The notes beneath the pieces were generated by a model. It saw nothing but the letters and a program-made list of their open reading frames with translations, did no database searches and was not told where the DNA came from. From sequence record OR188720.1: a stretch of 38,820 nucleotides of DNA. One strand, written 5' to 3'. Each line of letters opens with the position of its first letter. The first letter of the stretch is position 1. This document shows, piece after piece, positions 19,138 to 26,815 of the stretch. This stretch comes from Pseudomonas phage LPPA33. The position numbers were made by a program, and so were the translations under genes.

Positions 19138-19418
19138 TGGCCGTCCTCCAGACCCACAAGGTCGTCGCGCAACTGCCTGCCGCGCTGGAGCCGAACGCGA
19201 TCTACTTCGTCCGGCGCAGCACCGGCTACGACCAGTTCGTCACCAACGGCGCGGGCGTGGTGGTGGCATACCCGATGAACGTCCGCATCCCCGCGGCTGT
19301 GCCGGGCTATCTCGCCGACGGCTCCATGCTGAGGCTCACGATGAACCCTGACGGCCAACTGCCGGCTTACACCGCCGGCGGCGTAACTCTCAACCTGCAG
19401 GTGCTTTTCAATGGCTGA
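19137..19418 (+). CDS. Tail fibre-associated protein carrying the paralogous N-domain (copy 2, domain only).
   Basis: 93 aa. KVVAQLPAALEPNAIYFVRR...TNGAGVV is a paralogue of 18577..19137. TAATG start-stop coupling. Confidence 0.4.
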   Translation: MAVLQTHKVVAQLPAALEPNAIYFVRRSTGYDQFVTNGAGVVVAYPMNVRIPAAVPGYLADGSMLRLTMNPDGQLPAYTAGGVTLNLQVLFNG

Positions 19419-19974
19419 TGTACGCCCGACGAAACTCCAGGCCGACGGAAACGGCTACGGCAGTCTCCGCGAGTTCGCCGACGGCGACACGGTGCCGATT
19501 GCCCTGGGTGGTACTGGCGCTGCAACCGCTGCTGGCGCTCGCACATCCCTTGGGCTTGGGAGTGCTGCAGTTAGAACTGCCCTGGGTTCAACTGGGGCTT
19601 TGTACTCGCGAGACAGCATCCTTGGCTCGGTTTCGCAGTCGAGCGGGGTGCCAACTGGCGCAGTGATCCAGCGGGGTAGTAATGCGAACGGTGAGTTCGT
19701 GCGGTTCGCTGATGGAACGCAAATATGCATAGTCACGTTGTTGGGCGACGGTAGTCAGCAGCCAGGTACGTCTATATCACTGCCCCTGCCGGCTGCATTT
19801 CTGGGTAATTGGACCACCGGTGTCAGCGTGAGTTGGGCGTCGCATGCGAGCAACCCTTCTGTGGCAAACGGGCTGAAAGTTGCCTATGCAAACGGCTCGA
19901 CATTGTTCTTCATCCTTCAGGACGCACTGGCCACCAATCGTTTGATTTTCACTTTGGTAGGGAGATGGTTCTGA
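19411..19974 (+). CDS. Tail fibre protein.
   Basis: 187 aa. It has the widely conserved tail-fibre motif IALGGTGAATAAGARTSLGLGSAA, followed by a beta-rich C-terminus. Confidence 0.55.
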   Translation: MADVRPTKLQADGNGYGSLREFADGDTVPIALGGTGAATAAGARTSLGLGSAAVRTALGSTGALYSRDSILGSVSQSSGVPTGAVIQRGSNANGEFVRFADGTQICIVTLLGDGSQQPGTSISLPLPAAFLGNWTTGVSVSWASHASNPSVANGLKVAYANGSTLFFILQDALATNRLIFTLVGRWF

Positions 19975-20276
19975 TGATCATCAAGTTGTCACCGTACGCA
20001 CCACTGCCAGGCAGCAACGAGCACCTGTCGCTGAGCAGGACTGGCGATGTGCTCACCGTGAACGGTCAGCCGTTCGACTTCACACCGCTACCGGAGGGCG
20101 GTGAACTGCCGGCTGAGGCGATTGGATCGGAGTGGTTCGCTGGTTCCGTAGTGCGACGCGCCGGCCGCATCCAACTGATCCTGCGGTTCCCGCTTGCCGC
20201 CGATGCCAGTGCCGCCGCTCGCTTCCCTGAACCGCTGATGATCGAGGCCGATGGCCCAGTGGAGTTACCACGATGA
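19974..20276 (+). CDS. Hypothetical protein downstream of the tail fibre (possible fibre assembly factor).
   Basis: 100 aa with ATGA coupling on both sides. Confidence 0.3.
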   Translation: MIIKLSPYAPLPGSNEHLSLSRTGDVLTVNGQPFDFTPLPEGGELPAEAIGSEWFAGSVVRRAGRIQLILRFPLAADASAAARFPEPLMIEADGPVELPR

Positions 20277-20512
20277 TCGACTGGAGCCAGGTAAAGACCA
20301 CTGAACAGCAGGCGCAAGATCGCAGGCAGGCTGAGTACGATGCCGCAACCGCGGCGCGGGCAAATGCCTACCGCCTGGAGAGTGACCCGCTCAAGACCGA
20401 GGCCGAGTTCGACGCTATCAAGGCCGGCGTGGAACCGGACTACAGCGCCTGGATCGCCAAGGTCGAGGAGATCAAGGCCAGGTATCCGCTGCCGGAGGCG
20501 GGCGGCGTGTAG
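20273..20512 (+). CDS. Tail fibre assembly-like small protein.
   Basis: 79 aa. The C-terminus (PDYSAWIAKVEEIKARYPLPE) is reminiscent of Tfa C-termini. The similarity is weak. Confidence 0.3.
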   Translation: MIDWSQVKTTEQQAQDRRQAEYDAATAARANAYRLESDPLKTEAEFDAIKAGVEPDYSAWIAKVEEIKARYPLPEAGGV

Positions 20513-20534
20513 ACTACCCATTTTGAATGGGAGC

Positions 20535-20813
20535 ATGGCCGTGCTGGTGGTGAGACTCAAGAAAGGGTGGACGCTGAAGCTTGATCGGAAAGTGAACGAT
20601 GCGAATCGGGCGGGGGTCTGGTCGTTCCATTGCTCCGAGAGCACGTTCGTGCCTGGCATGGATAACTTGCTGCGGCATGCTGCCATTCGTCCGGCTGAGC
20701 CGGCAGAAGGGAAGAGCACCGAGGTAGAGGTGGCCATCTGTCGGCCAGGTGATCCGGAGGAGAAGTGGATTCCGGTAGGGAAGGGCGTCGCGGTCTACGA
20801 GGCAGAGCGCTGA
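20535..20813 (+). CDS. Hypothetical protein, last plus-strand gene of the late operon.
   Basis: 92 aa, followed by hairpins at 20819-20863. Confidence 0.3.
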   Translation: MAVLVVRLKKGWTLKLDRKVNDANRAGVWSFHCSESTFVPGMDNLLRHAAIRPAEPAEGKSTEVEVAICRPGDPEEKWIPVGKGVAVYEAER

Positions 20814-21067
20814 TTGAATGCAAGCGCTTGCATACAAATGCGAACCCCGCCGAGGCGGGGTTCAAGTTGGGCTTCTAGCCCATTGCGATAAGACCGTTTC
20901 GATAGGTGCCCATGCAATCACGAATCTGAGTTGGCGCAGAGGAGGTGCGCCTTATGTCTTGAGAGGATGGGATTGCCCCGCTCCTATCCGAACAGGAGAT
21001 TTGGCGTGAACGACTATTTCGGTCATTTGCACTGGATTTGCCGATCTGCCCAGAAACGTCACGATAG

Positions 21068-22108
21068 TTAGAGGTCATGTGAATAGCCCGTATGGTTGTG
21101 AACCAGTTTTGGCTCATTGAGCATTGCGAATTTCTCGCCTCTCTTGAGCACACCAATGTGGGTTCTTCCTCCAACGGTAGCTACACCGTTGGCGAACCGC
21201 TGCATCCCTGACTGCAAGTTCACCAGCAATTCAGCTAGCTCAACTGCATACTGGGTTGGGAGATTTCCAAAGTCAATATCCGCAACGCAATCCCACCAAG
21301 GGAGAATCATTTCTCTTTGAGGTGCCTCGAACGTGAATCCTTCTGGGACATTGACACCTGCGGCCCGCAGTTGATCAACCACCGATTGAGCCGCTTGTCG
21401 GGTGCGCGATTCGATCTCACGATTTATCACTCCACTGACAGATTCGACAATTCTGCCATCTACGCCAACAAGAAGCCTCTCTACAAAATCAGACTGCCCG
21501 CCGAAACACGCGCCTGAACGTGTCTGCCAAAGAAACTGCTCCTCTGCTGTCAAATCTTTGACGAATATCTTGTAAACTTTACTCGTTTCGTCGTCTGCTC
21601 CATAGCCACCGACAATAAATTGAACGTCTGGCATGTAGGGCTTCTGCTCTTCTGGGCAGTTCTGGTAATTGACCTGCTTTTCCCACTCCTGACGAACAGC
21701 CCCCATAAAGTCCTTTGCGACCCGCTCTACCGTTCGGTAACGACGGTTCTCAGATGCACATAGGCGGCTGAACTTCTTAGCGAAACCTGCAATCGTCACG
21801 CCATTTAACGTCGCCATGCCAGCGGTGACGGCCGCGACAGAGGTGTCCTCATCTTCGTAGAGGAGGAACATCTTTTGCGCTCCAGAGAACACGTTGGTGA
21901 CGAACGGCTGCAAGTACGCAGTGGACACAACCTTCTCTCCTGAAGCATCAATCAACTCTTGACCATTCGCGTCTCTGGCAAAAGTTGCGCCATTTCGAAA
22001 CGGCAGAATTGCCTGTTCGACGATGCTTGATAGGCTGTCACACCCCAAGACGATTGAGTCATAGGTTGCGATTGCAATGTTAATTGTCAAGGGTGCTCTC
22101 CATAGCAT
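21068..22108 (-). CDS. Proteasome-beta/HslV-like Ntn-hydrolase fold protein. A lower-GC single-gene moron between the tail fibres and int.
   Basis: The N-terminus is MLWRAPL|TINIAIATYDSIVLGCDSLSS, which matches the proteasome-beta/HslV signature: Thr1 after a short propeptide, Asp17, then a ...QKMFLLYEDEDTSVAAVTAGMATL segment that resembles the K33 region. It also has FIVGGYGADDE and ...TRSGACFGG..., and a C-terminal TVGGRTHIGVLKRGEKF that resembles the SGG...V..I..K.G strand. GC is about 48% against 63% in the neighbours. The track ORF extends to TTG 22231, and ATG 22108 coincides with the drop in GC. No SD is present. Confidence 0.45.
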   Translation of the reverse strand: MLWRAPLTINIAIATYDSIVLGCDSLSSIVEQAILPFRNGATFARDANGQELIDASGEKVVSTAYLQPFVTNVFSGAQKMFLLYEDEDTSVAAVTAGMATLNGVTIAGFAKKFSRLCASENRRYRTVERVAKDFMGAVRQEWEKQVNYQNCPEEQKPYMPDVQFIVGGYGADDETSKVYKIFVKDLTAEEQFLWQTRSGACFGGQSDFVERLLVGVDGRIVESVSGVINREIESRTRQAAQSVVDQLRAAGVNVPEGFTFEAPQREMILPWWDCVADIDFGNLPTQYAVELAELLVNLQSGMQRFANGVATVGGRTHIGVLKRGEKFAMLNEPKLVHNHTGYSHDL

Positions 22109-22394
22109 GGGCGCGAGAGTATGGCGCCTAGGCGTTTTGCCATCAATCTTTGGTGATGATCGGCTGGGTCTCGACAACGGGCGGGACGTGTACCGCGAAG
22201 CCGTTGCGGATTCTGGCCGCTTCCACTCCAAAACGCTACCGTAAGCATTTGATTCTGTTGGCTTGCGGATGTTCTCAAGCGAATTGCTTTTTGATGGTCT
22301 TTTTTGTCATAACTAATTGATTTGTATAGGAAAAAGCAAATTCTATCGTGCGTCCCAGGCTTTGATGCCGTAGAGAACGTAAGTCATTGTTTTT

Positions 22395-22430
22395 CCTTTG
22401 GGGTTTTGGCTCCTCCAAAACCCCTCCAAT
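22395..22430. promoter_or_regulatory. Perfect 10-bp inverted repeat (GGGGTTTTGG-ctcct-CCAAAACCCC) just downstream of the int stop, within an AT-rich tract. Candidate sib-like retroregulator or attP core.
   Basis: Seen at 22401-22425. The 22232-22400 tract is AT-rich and contains TTGATT-type repeats (possible Int arm sites). The lambda sib and attP positions relative to int are analogous. Confidence 0.3.
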
Positions 22431-22453
22431 ATTCCTCTAAAATTCCCGCCAGA

Positions 22454-23557
22454 TTATGCCACGTCGATCCATTCGGCGCCCCGACTGTCCCGGTAGAGAT
22501 CCGTCATCTTCGCGGAGCGGTGGCCGAGCAGCCGTTGCGCATCGCGCCCTTCTTCTTCATGAAGCCTGGCAGCCAGGGAACGCATCTCATGGAAGCTTGG
22601 CGGGCTGGCGCCGAAATCGAGCCCATGCTTTTTCGCCGCCCTGTCCCTCGCATCAGCGAACGCGGCGCTTATGGTGTCCAGCATAATCGGCTGCCCAGCC
22701 TTGGCGCGACTGATCGTGCGGTGATGATGGATCATGTAGCGGGAAAGAACCCTCCCTCGGCATGATTTGATCACTGAGGCCAGATCGAGGCCAAGGACAG
22801 CCAGACCAATCGACGTGCTTATACGAAGGCGCATTCCCGTCTTCGACTGAACAACCTGCAGGTATCCGTCCTGCTCGTCCTTGAACTGCATTTCTGCAAG
22901 ATCCTCCCGCCTCTGGCCGGTAATAACCGCCAGTTCCATGGCTCGTTTCAACCAGGGCTGTTTCGCCTCGGCATAGATCAGACGCCATGTCTCCAGGGTC
23001 AGGCGCTCGCGCTTGATTTTCACCCGCGCCGCCTTCGTCACCTCCACCGGGTTTTTGTCAGTCCATCCGGCCGCCATCGACTCCATGAAAACATCACGCA
23101 GAAGGGATCGCATGGCTCGGGCCATTTGTGCTTTCCCTTCCTTCGCCATCTCCGAGAAGTAGCCGGCCACATCAATGGTCCCGATATCCCGGATGTCCAT
23201 CGTTCCGAACCTGGCGCGCAGCCGTTTCAGGCGCATCCGAGTATTACGGACACTGGCCGCCGCCAGGCCGCGCTCGGCGTAGATCTTTTCGTACTCGATG
23301 AGCCAGTCGTCAAATAGCCGCGGCGGACGTGATGGCTCAGAATTGAGCCTGTCGGCGATAGTCTGCTGAAGCGCTTCCGTGTGGTTTGCTTCGATCGCTT
23401 CCCGAATCGCGCGAGCCTTGTCCTTGCCCAGGCCGAACATCCGGCCGCTTACTGGATCTCGATAGGCGTAATAGGTTACGCCTGACCGAGAATCCGTCTT
23501 CTTGTAAAGGTTTGGGGGGAGGTCTTTTGACCCCTCTTTACGCGGCCTTGGTGCCAT
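22454..23557 (-). CDS. int: Tyrosine integrase, lambda Int family.
   Basis: 367 aa. The C-terminus (HEMRSLAARLHEEEG...LLGHRSAKMTDLYRDSRGAEWIDVA) parallels lambda Int (HELRSLSARLY...GHKSDTMASQYRDDRGREWDKIEIK). Confidence 0.9.
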   Translation of the reverse strand: MAPRPRKEGSKDLPPNLYKKTDSRSGVTYYAYRDPVSGRMFGLGKDKARAIREAIEANHTEALQQTIADRLNSEPSRPPRLFDDWLIEYEKIYAERGLAAASVRNTRMRLKRLRARFGTMDIRDIGTIDVAGYFSEMAKEGKAQMARAMRSLLRDVFMESMAAGWTDKNPVEVTKAARVKIKRERLTLETWRLIYAEAKQPWLKRAMELAVITGQRREDLAEMQFKDEQDGYLQVVQSKTGMRLRISTSIGLAVLGLDLASVIKSCRGRVLSRYMIHHHRTISRAKAGQPIMLDTISAAFADARDRAAKKHGLDFGASPPSFHEMRSLAARLHEEEGRDAQRLLGHRSAKMTDLYRDSRGAEWIDVA

Positions 23558-23780
23558 GGCGTGCGCTCTTAATGCGGGATATCAGACTGTCGCCAGGTGC
23601 GGAGCGTTTGGCGGGCTCTTGACTGCTGTACTCCGCATCCGGGCTCACGTAGTAGCTTCGACCATGCTTTACGGGTGCAGGGATAATACAGCCATCCCTT
23701 GCCCACCTGCGGAGGGTGTTGATACTCGGCGGCGTCCTGAAGTGCTCAGCCGCCCATTCTTCTAGGGTTACGAGTTTCAT
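23538..23780 (-). CDS. xis: Excisionase, lambda Xis-like.
   Basis: 80 aa. MKLVTLEEWAAEHFRTPPSINTLRRWARDGCIIPAPVKHGRSYY matches lambda Xis (MYLTLQEWNARQRRPRSLETVRRWVRECRIFPPPVKDGREYLF). It overlaps the int start by 20 nt, as in lambda. Confidence 0.8.
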   Translation of the reverse strand: MKLVTLEEWAAEHFRTPPSINTLRRWARDGCIIPAPVKHGRSYYVSPDAEYSSQEPAKRSAPGDSLISRIKSARHGTKAA

Positions 23781-23861
23781 TGGACAATACCTCCCCGCCC
23801 TGCTGGCGCTGGTCGGGAAAATGGTTTTCGGGGACTGGCAGCCTATTCGGCTGCCGGCGAA

Positions 23862-23984
23862 CTAGAACGAGCAGCCCCATTGCAGGGCTGCGAATGCTGG
23901 CGCGAGTTCGATCACTGCGTGTAGCGCGACCAGGCTTGCACCGATGACGGCTACTGCCGCCACTCGGGAAAGGGCTTTCATCAT
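23862..23984 (-). CDS. Possible 40-aa hydrophobic peptide (MMKALSRVAAVAVIGASLVALHAVIELAPAFAALQWGCSF).
   Basis: SD is GGAGCCCCA before the ATG. One predicted TM helix. Followed by the GGCAGCC-tattc-GGCTGCC hairpin at 23836-23854. Confidence 0.25.
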   Translation of the reverse strand: MMKALSRVAAVAVIGASLVALHAVIELAPAFAALQWGCSF

Positions 23985-23996
23985 TGGGGCTCCGGA

Positions 23997-24314
23997 TCAG
24001 TCGCCCGCGGCCTTCGAAACCAGGTGCATGAGCATTTCGCGCAGTTGCTCGCGCTCGAGCACCTGGCCGGTACGGGCATACTCGTCTGCCTGACGCAACA
24101 CTGCCTCTATCTCGATGTTGAACATCGGCGAGAGCACGTCTGGCTCGCACTGTTCGAGCAGCAACTGGATTGCGCGGGTCGGGTGCGCCATGGTGATGCC
24201 GAGCCAGTTGTAGGCCGAGGCAGTGCGGTAGTAGCGAAGGCCGGCGATCTCATGCCGCTGAGGCGGGCGGAAGGGTTTCGTGCGCATATGCAATCCGGGT
24301 AGTGGGTAGCCCAT
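23997..24314 (-). CDS. Hypothetical early protein.
   Basis: About 105 aa (MGYPLPGLHMRTKPF...). The start was chosen downstream of the stop of the 24359..24562 gene. ATG 24287 is an alternative. The SD is weak. Confidence 0.3.
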   Translation of the reverse strand: MGYPLPGLHMRTKPFRPPQRHEIAGLRYYRTASAYNWLGITMAHPTRAIQLLLEQCEPDVLSPMFNIEIEAVLRQADEYARTGQVLEREQLREMLMHLVSKAAGD

Positions 24315-24358
24315 TATCCGAATTGCTGTATATGCGTACAGTGGTTGGCGATGGGTGG

Positions 24359-24562
24359 CTATGCCTGCTCCGGCAGGTACTGCAACTCCCAGGTCGGGTG
24401 GAACTTCCTTGGCTTGCTTTCTCCGTCGAGCGTGATCATGAGGTGGGGGCCCTTGGCGCTTGTGATTGTCCCTCGCTCTTCGGTGCCACGTCCTCGGTAA
24501 ATGACTTGGCCGCCGCGCTTGCATGGAACGGCATAGGCCTTGCGGATGAACTCCATGCTCAT
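24359..24562 (-). CDS. Hypothetical early protein.
   Basis: 67 aa. Strong SD (AGGGAGGG). ATGA coupling to the upstream gene. Confidence 0.45.
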   Translation of the reverse strand: MSMEFIRKAYAVPCKRGGQVIYRGRGTEERGTITSAKGPHLMITLDGESKPRKFHPTWELQYLPEQA

Positions 24563-24987
24563 TGCGTCCCTCCCTGCTGCTCGCTCAGCAGGGCGCCTAC
24601 TTCAGCCGCCAGGACTTTCCCGCTCGGGTGTGCCGCTGCGAAATCGACAAGGCGCTGCAACAGCCCCTCGCTGACCGTCTTGCCGTTGAGGCGCGCCAGT
24701 TCGTCGAGGCAGGCGTTCCAAGACTCGGCCTTATCCATCGCCATAGCGAAGTAAGCCGGGCTGTTCAGGTGCTTCGCCTGGTCAGGCAGCGGCTTCCGCT
24801 CAGGAACAACCACCACCCTTGCGCGCAGGGCTGCCAGTTCTTCCATCGCCTTGATGGCGACGCGCTGCTGGCTGTCTCGCTCATCCCTGAGCGCCTGGGC
24901 CTCTGCGGCGAGGGCGTCGTAGTCCGCCTCCCGAACGCACCGAATGTTCCGTGCCTCGTGGCACCAGAAACTCTTCACCTCACTCAT
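24559..24987 (-). CDS. Hypothetical early protein.
   Basis: 142 aa, in the translationally coupled series of the leftward operon. Confidence 0.4.
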   Translation of the reverse strand: MSEVKSFWCHEARNIRCVREADYDALAAEAQALRDERDSQQRVAIKAMEELAALRARVVVVPERKPLPDQAKHLNSPAYFAMAMDKAESWNACLDELARLNGKTVSEGLLQRLVDFAAAHPSGKVLAAEVGALLSEQQGGTQ

Positions 24988-26386
24988 GACCTACCTCCTT
25001 GCCGGCCGCAGCCGCGCGGTCCAGGCGCTGGATCTCGGCCAGGATCAGGGCTCCGGCTTTCACAAGCATCCGGCGTGGCTCGCTGTGCTTGAGCCATTCC
25101 GGTGGCCAGGGCCAGAACTCGCGCCAGTTGCCAGGATTGATGCCGCCGGCCCAGAGCGCGTAGCAGGCGGCCGCATCTGCCAGTTCGCCGCCGTTGTGCT
25201 TGTCGTCGTGCTCCGGCGTCCATCCTTCGGCGATGATCTGCCGGCGGCGCTCGGCCTGGACGTCGAGCCAGGCCTGCGGCACTTCCTTGCCGGGCGCGGC
25301 GGCGAGCACGGTGCGCAGTTCTCGGAGCAGAGCTTTTCCGGTAGCGCCGCGCTGTGCGAGAAATTCACTCAGGCGCCCTATGAACTCCTCCGGCACGCTG
25401 TGCTGAGCCTGGGCTACAGGGGCGGCACAGGAATCCAGCAGTCGCTGCACAAAAAGGTCAAACTCTTCGGCACTGAACAGGTAGCCGTCTCCGTCTTCTG
25501 CCGGCTGCCCTTCCTCAAACGCCATTTGGTGAATTTCGTCAGGCCCAGGCACGTCCACCAGGTCCTGCTTCTCCAGCTCCGCCAGCTTCGCCTCAAGCTC
25601 CGCGACCCTGGCCAGGGCGGCGTCGCGCTCTTGCTCAACGCGATTGAACATTTCTGCCCAACGGGCAACGCTAGCGGCATGCTGCGCGACGGTCATCAGT
25701 TCATCGTTTGCATTGAGCGGACCGCAATGATCGAGGACGACAGGATTCGAATGCACGACGCGAGCCACCACCTCCGGCCGCTCCGCCTCTGCCTTTTCGG
25801 CCGGCGCCAGGGCGGGTTTCCAAGCACGGGCAGCCTTCCACTCATTCACAAGCCGTTCTCGCTCGTCATCGCCGACGCCTGCCATTCTGAGAACGGCCAT
25901 GGCGATATCTGCGTGCCCGCTTCCATCGGAACTGGTTATCTGCGCAAGGTTCTTGCAGGCGTAAATCAGAGCCTCGGAAACAGGGGAGGGTTGCGCCAGG
26001 GCGGCGCGGGCTTGCCACGCGGCCCAGCAGCGTTGCGTCAAGGGGTCATCGTAGACGAACTGACCGAAGCAGGCGGCTTCGAGATAGCGCTCGTCGGCGA
26101 AGGTTTCGCCATCCAACTGAGGCGGGAGGTCAAAGGTGTGCATCCACGCCTCGAACTCCTCGCGCTCATCCCCGCCTGCCTGCTCTACCGCAGGATGTGC
26201 CGGACAGGGATGGCGGAGGGAGCCGCCTCCGGAAGGGCAGGTGCAGGTGGCGTCGGGGCTCGCTCCTTGTAGCCCCTCGGCCGGGCTCAATGAGGATTTT
26301 TTCTGAGAGCCGGCCCGGATGTTCTCATCCGTAACCGTGGCGCTGGTAGAGCGGATCTGGTCCATCTGAATTTTCGAGGTGGTCAT
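24980..26386 (-). CDS. Large early protein of unknown function, with a central coiled-coil and a conserved-looking C-terminal domain.
   Basis: 468 aa. SD is GGAGAAAAATCCC before the ATG. The N-terminus is Cys/His-rich, the middle has ERDAALARVAELEAKLAELEKQ, and the C-terminus has ...EGWTPEHDDKHNGGELADAAACYALWA...WPWPPEWL. The last is possibly the phage DUF550/dNTP-pyrophosphohydrolase-like domain; this is from memory and unverified. Confidence 0.45.
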   Translation of the reverse strand: MTTSKIQMDQIRSTSATVTDENIRAGSQKKSSLSPAEGLQGASPDATCTCPSGGGSLRHPCPAHPAVEQAGGDEREEFEAWMHTFDLPPQLDGETFADERYLEAACFGQFVYDDPLTQRCWAAWQARAALAQPSPVSEALIYACKNLAQITSSDGSGHADIAMAVLRMAGVGDDERERLVNEWKAARAWKPALAPAEKAEAERPEVVARVVHSNPVVLDHCGPLNANDELMTVAQHAASVARWAEMFNRVEQERDAALARVAELEAKLAELEKQDLVDVPGPDEIHQMAFEEGQPAEDGDGYLFSAEEFDLFVQRLLDSCAAPVAQAQHSVPEEFIGRLSEFLAQRGATGKALLRELRTVLAAAPGKEVPQAWLDVQAERRRQIIAEGWTPEHDDKHNGGELADAAACYALWAGGINPGNWREFWPWPPEWLKHSEPRRMLVKAGALILAEIQRLDRAAAAGKEVGHE

Positions 26387-26592
26387 GGGATTTTTCTCCA
26401 GGCCTCGGTATTTCCGAGGTCAGAAACGGTGATCAGTCGGCGCCGGCGCTCGATGTTTTCGAGTTGAATGACCTCCCAAAGGCTGTCGATGACGACCCAG
26501 TGAATTCCTTTTGGTAGGTGGAGGTAGCGGGCTGGCGCGGGGGAGCACAGGGCGTTTATGCGGCGGACTGCGGGGCTTTCATCGAATGACAT
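26383..26592 (-). CDS. Hypothetical small protein.
   Basis: 69 aa. Its stop overlaps the downstream ATG (ATGA). Confidence 0.3.
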   Translation of the reverse strand: MSFDESPAVRRINALCSPAPARYLHLPKGIHWVVIDSLWEVIQLENIERRRRLITVSDLGNTEAWRKIP

Positions 26593-26804
26593 GGCTGGCA
26601 GGCTCCATACGGTGGCGCTGCGTAGGTGTGCAAACCAGTTGCGTCCTGGTCTGCGTCGTTTGCGATCTCGTTGAGCTGGCGTGCGAGCTGGCGCAGTTGA
26701 GAGGAGGAGAGCAGGGCGCCGAGGCGTGGGAGGCCGTTGACCTCGGCCAGGCGCTGGCCATCCTCGCCGTCCAGGAACAGCGCGGTCAGGTTGAGGGGTT
26801 CCAT
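26556..26804 (-). CDS. Hypothetical small protein.
   Basis: 82 aa. SD GAGGAA lies immediately after the stop of the MTase-like ORF. Confidence 0.35.
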   Translation of the reverse strand: MEPLNLTALFLDGEDGQRLAEVNGLPRLGALLSSSQLRQLARQLNEIANDADQDATGLHTYAAPPYGACQPCHSMKAPQSAA

Positions 26805-26815
26805 GGGATTCCTCG

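Noticed and set aside
21068-22231. Alternative identity of the moron as an asparaginase-type or other Ntn hydrolase
   Set aside because: It was considered, because Thr-nucleophile Ntn families overlap. The DxIVLGxDS pattern after Thr1, the K...AG block and the GG...V.I motifs fit the proteasome/HslV-type better. This cannot be resolved without profile searches.
22232-22453. Possible tRNA gene at the attachment region
   Set aside because: No cloverleaf-compatible sequence or GTTCGA-type T-arm was found. The hairpin is a simple perfect inverted repeat.
23746-24150. 134-aa Arg-rich minus-strand ORF left of xis
   Set aside because: Extremely Arg/Pro-rich. It overlaps the better-supported 40-aa ORF and hairpin and has no SD.
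24944-26272. 442-aa plus-strand ORF opposite the 468-aa early gene
   Set aside because: Antisense high-GC artefact. The translation is low complexity (Arg/Gly/Leu/Pro).
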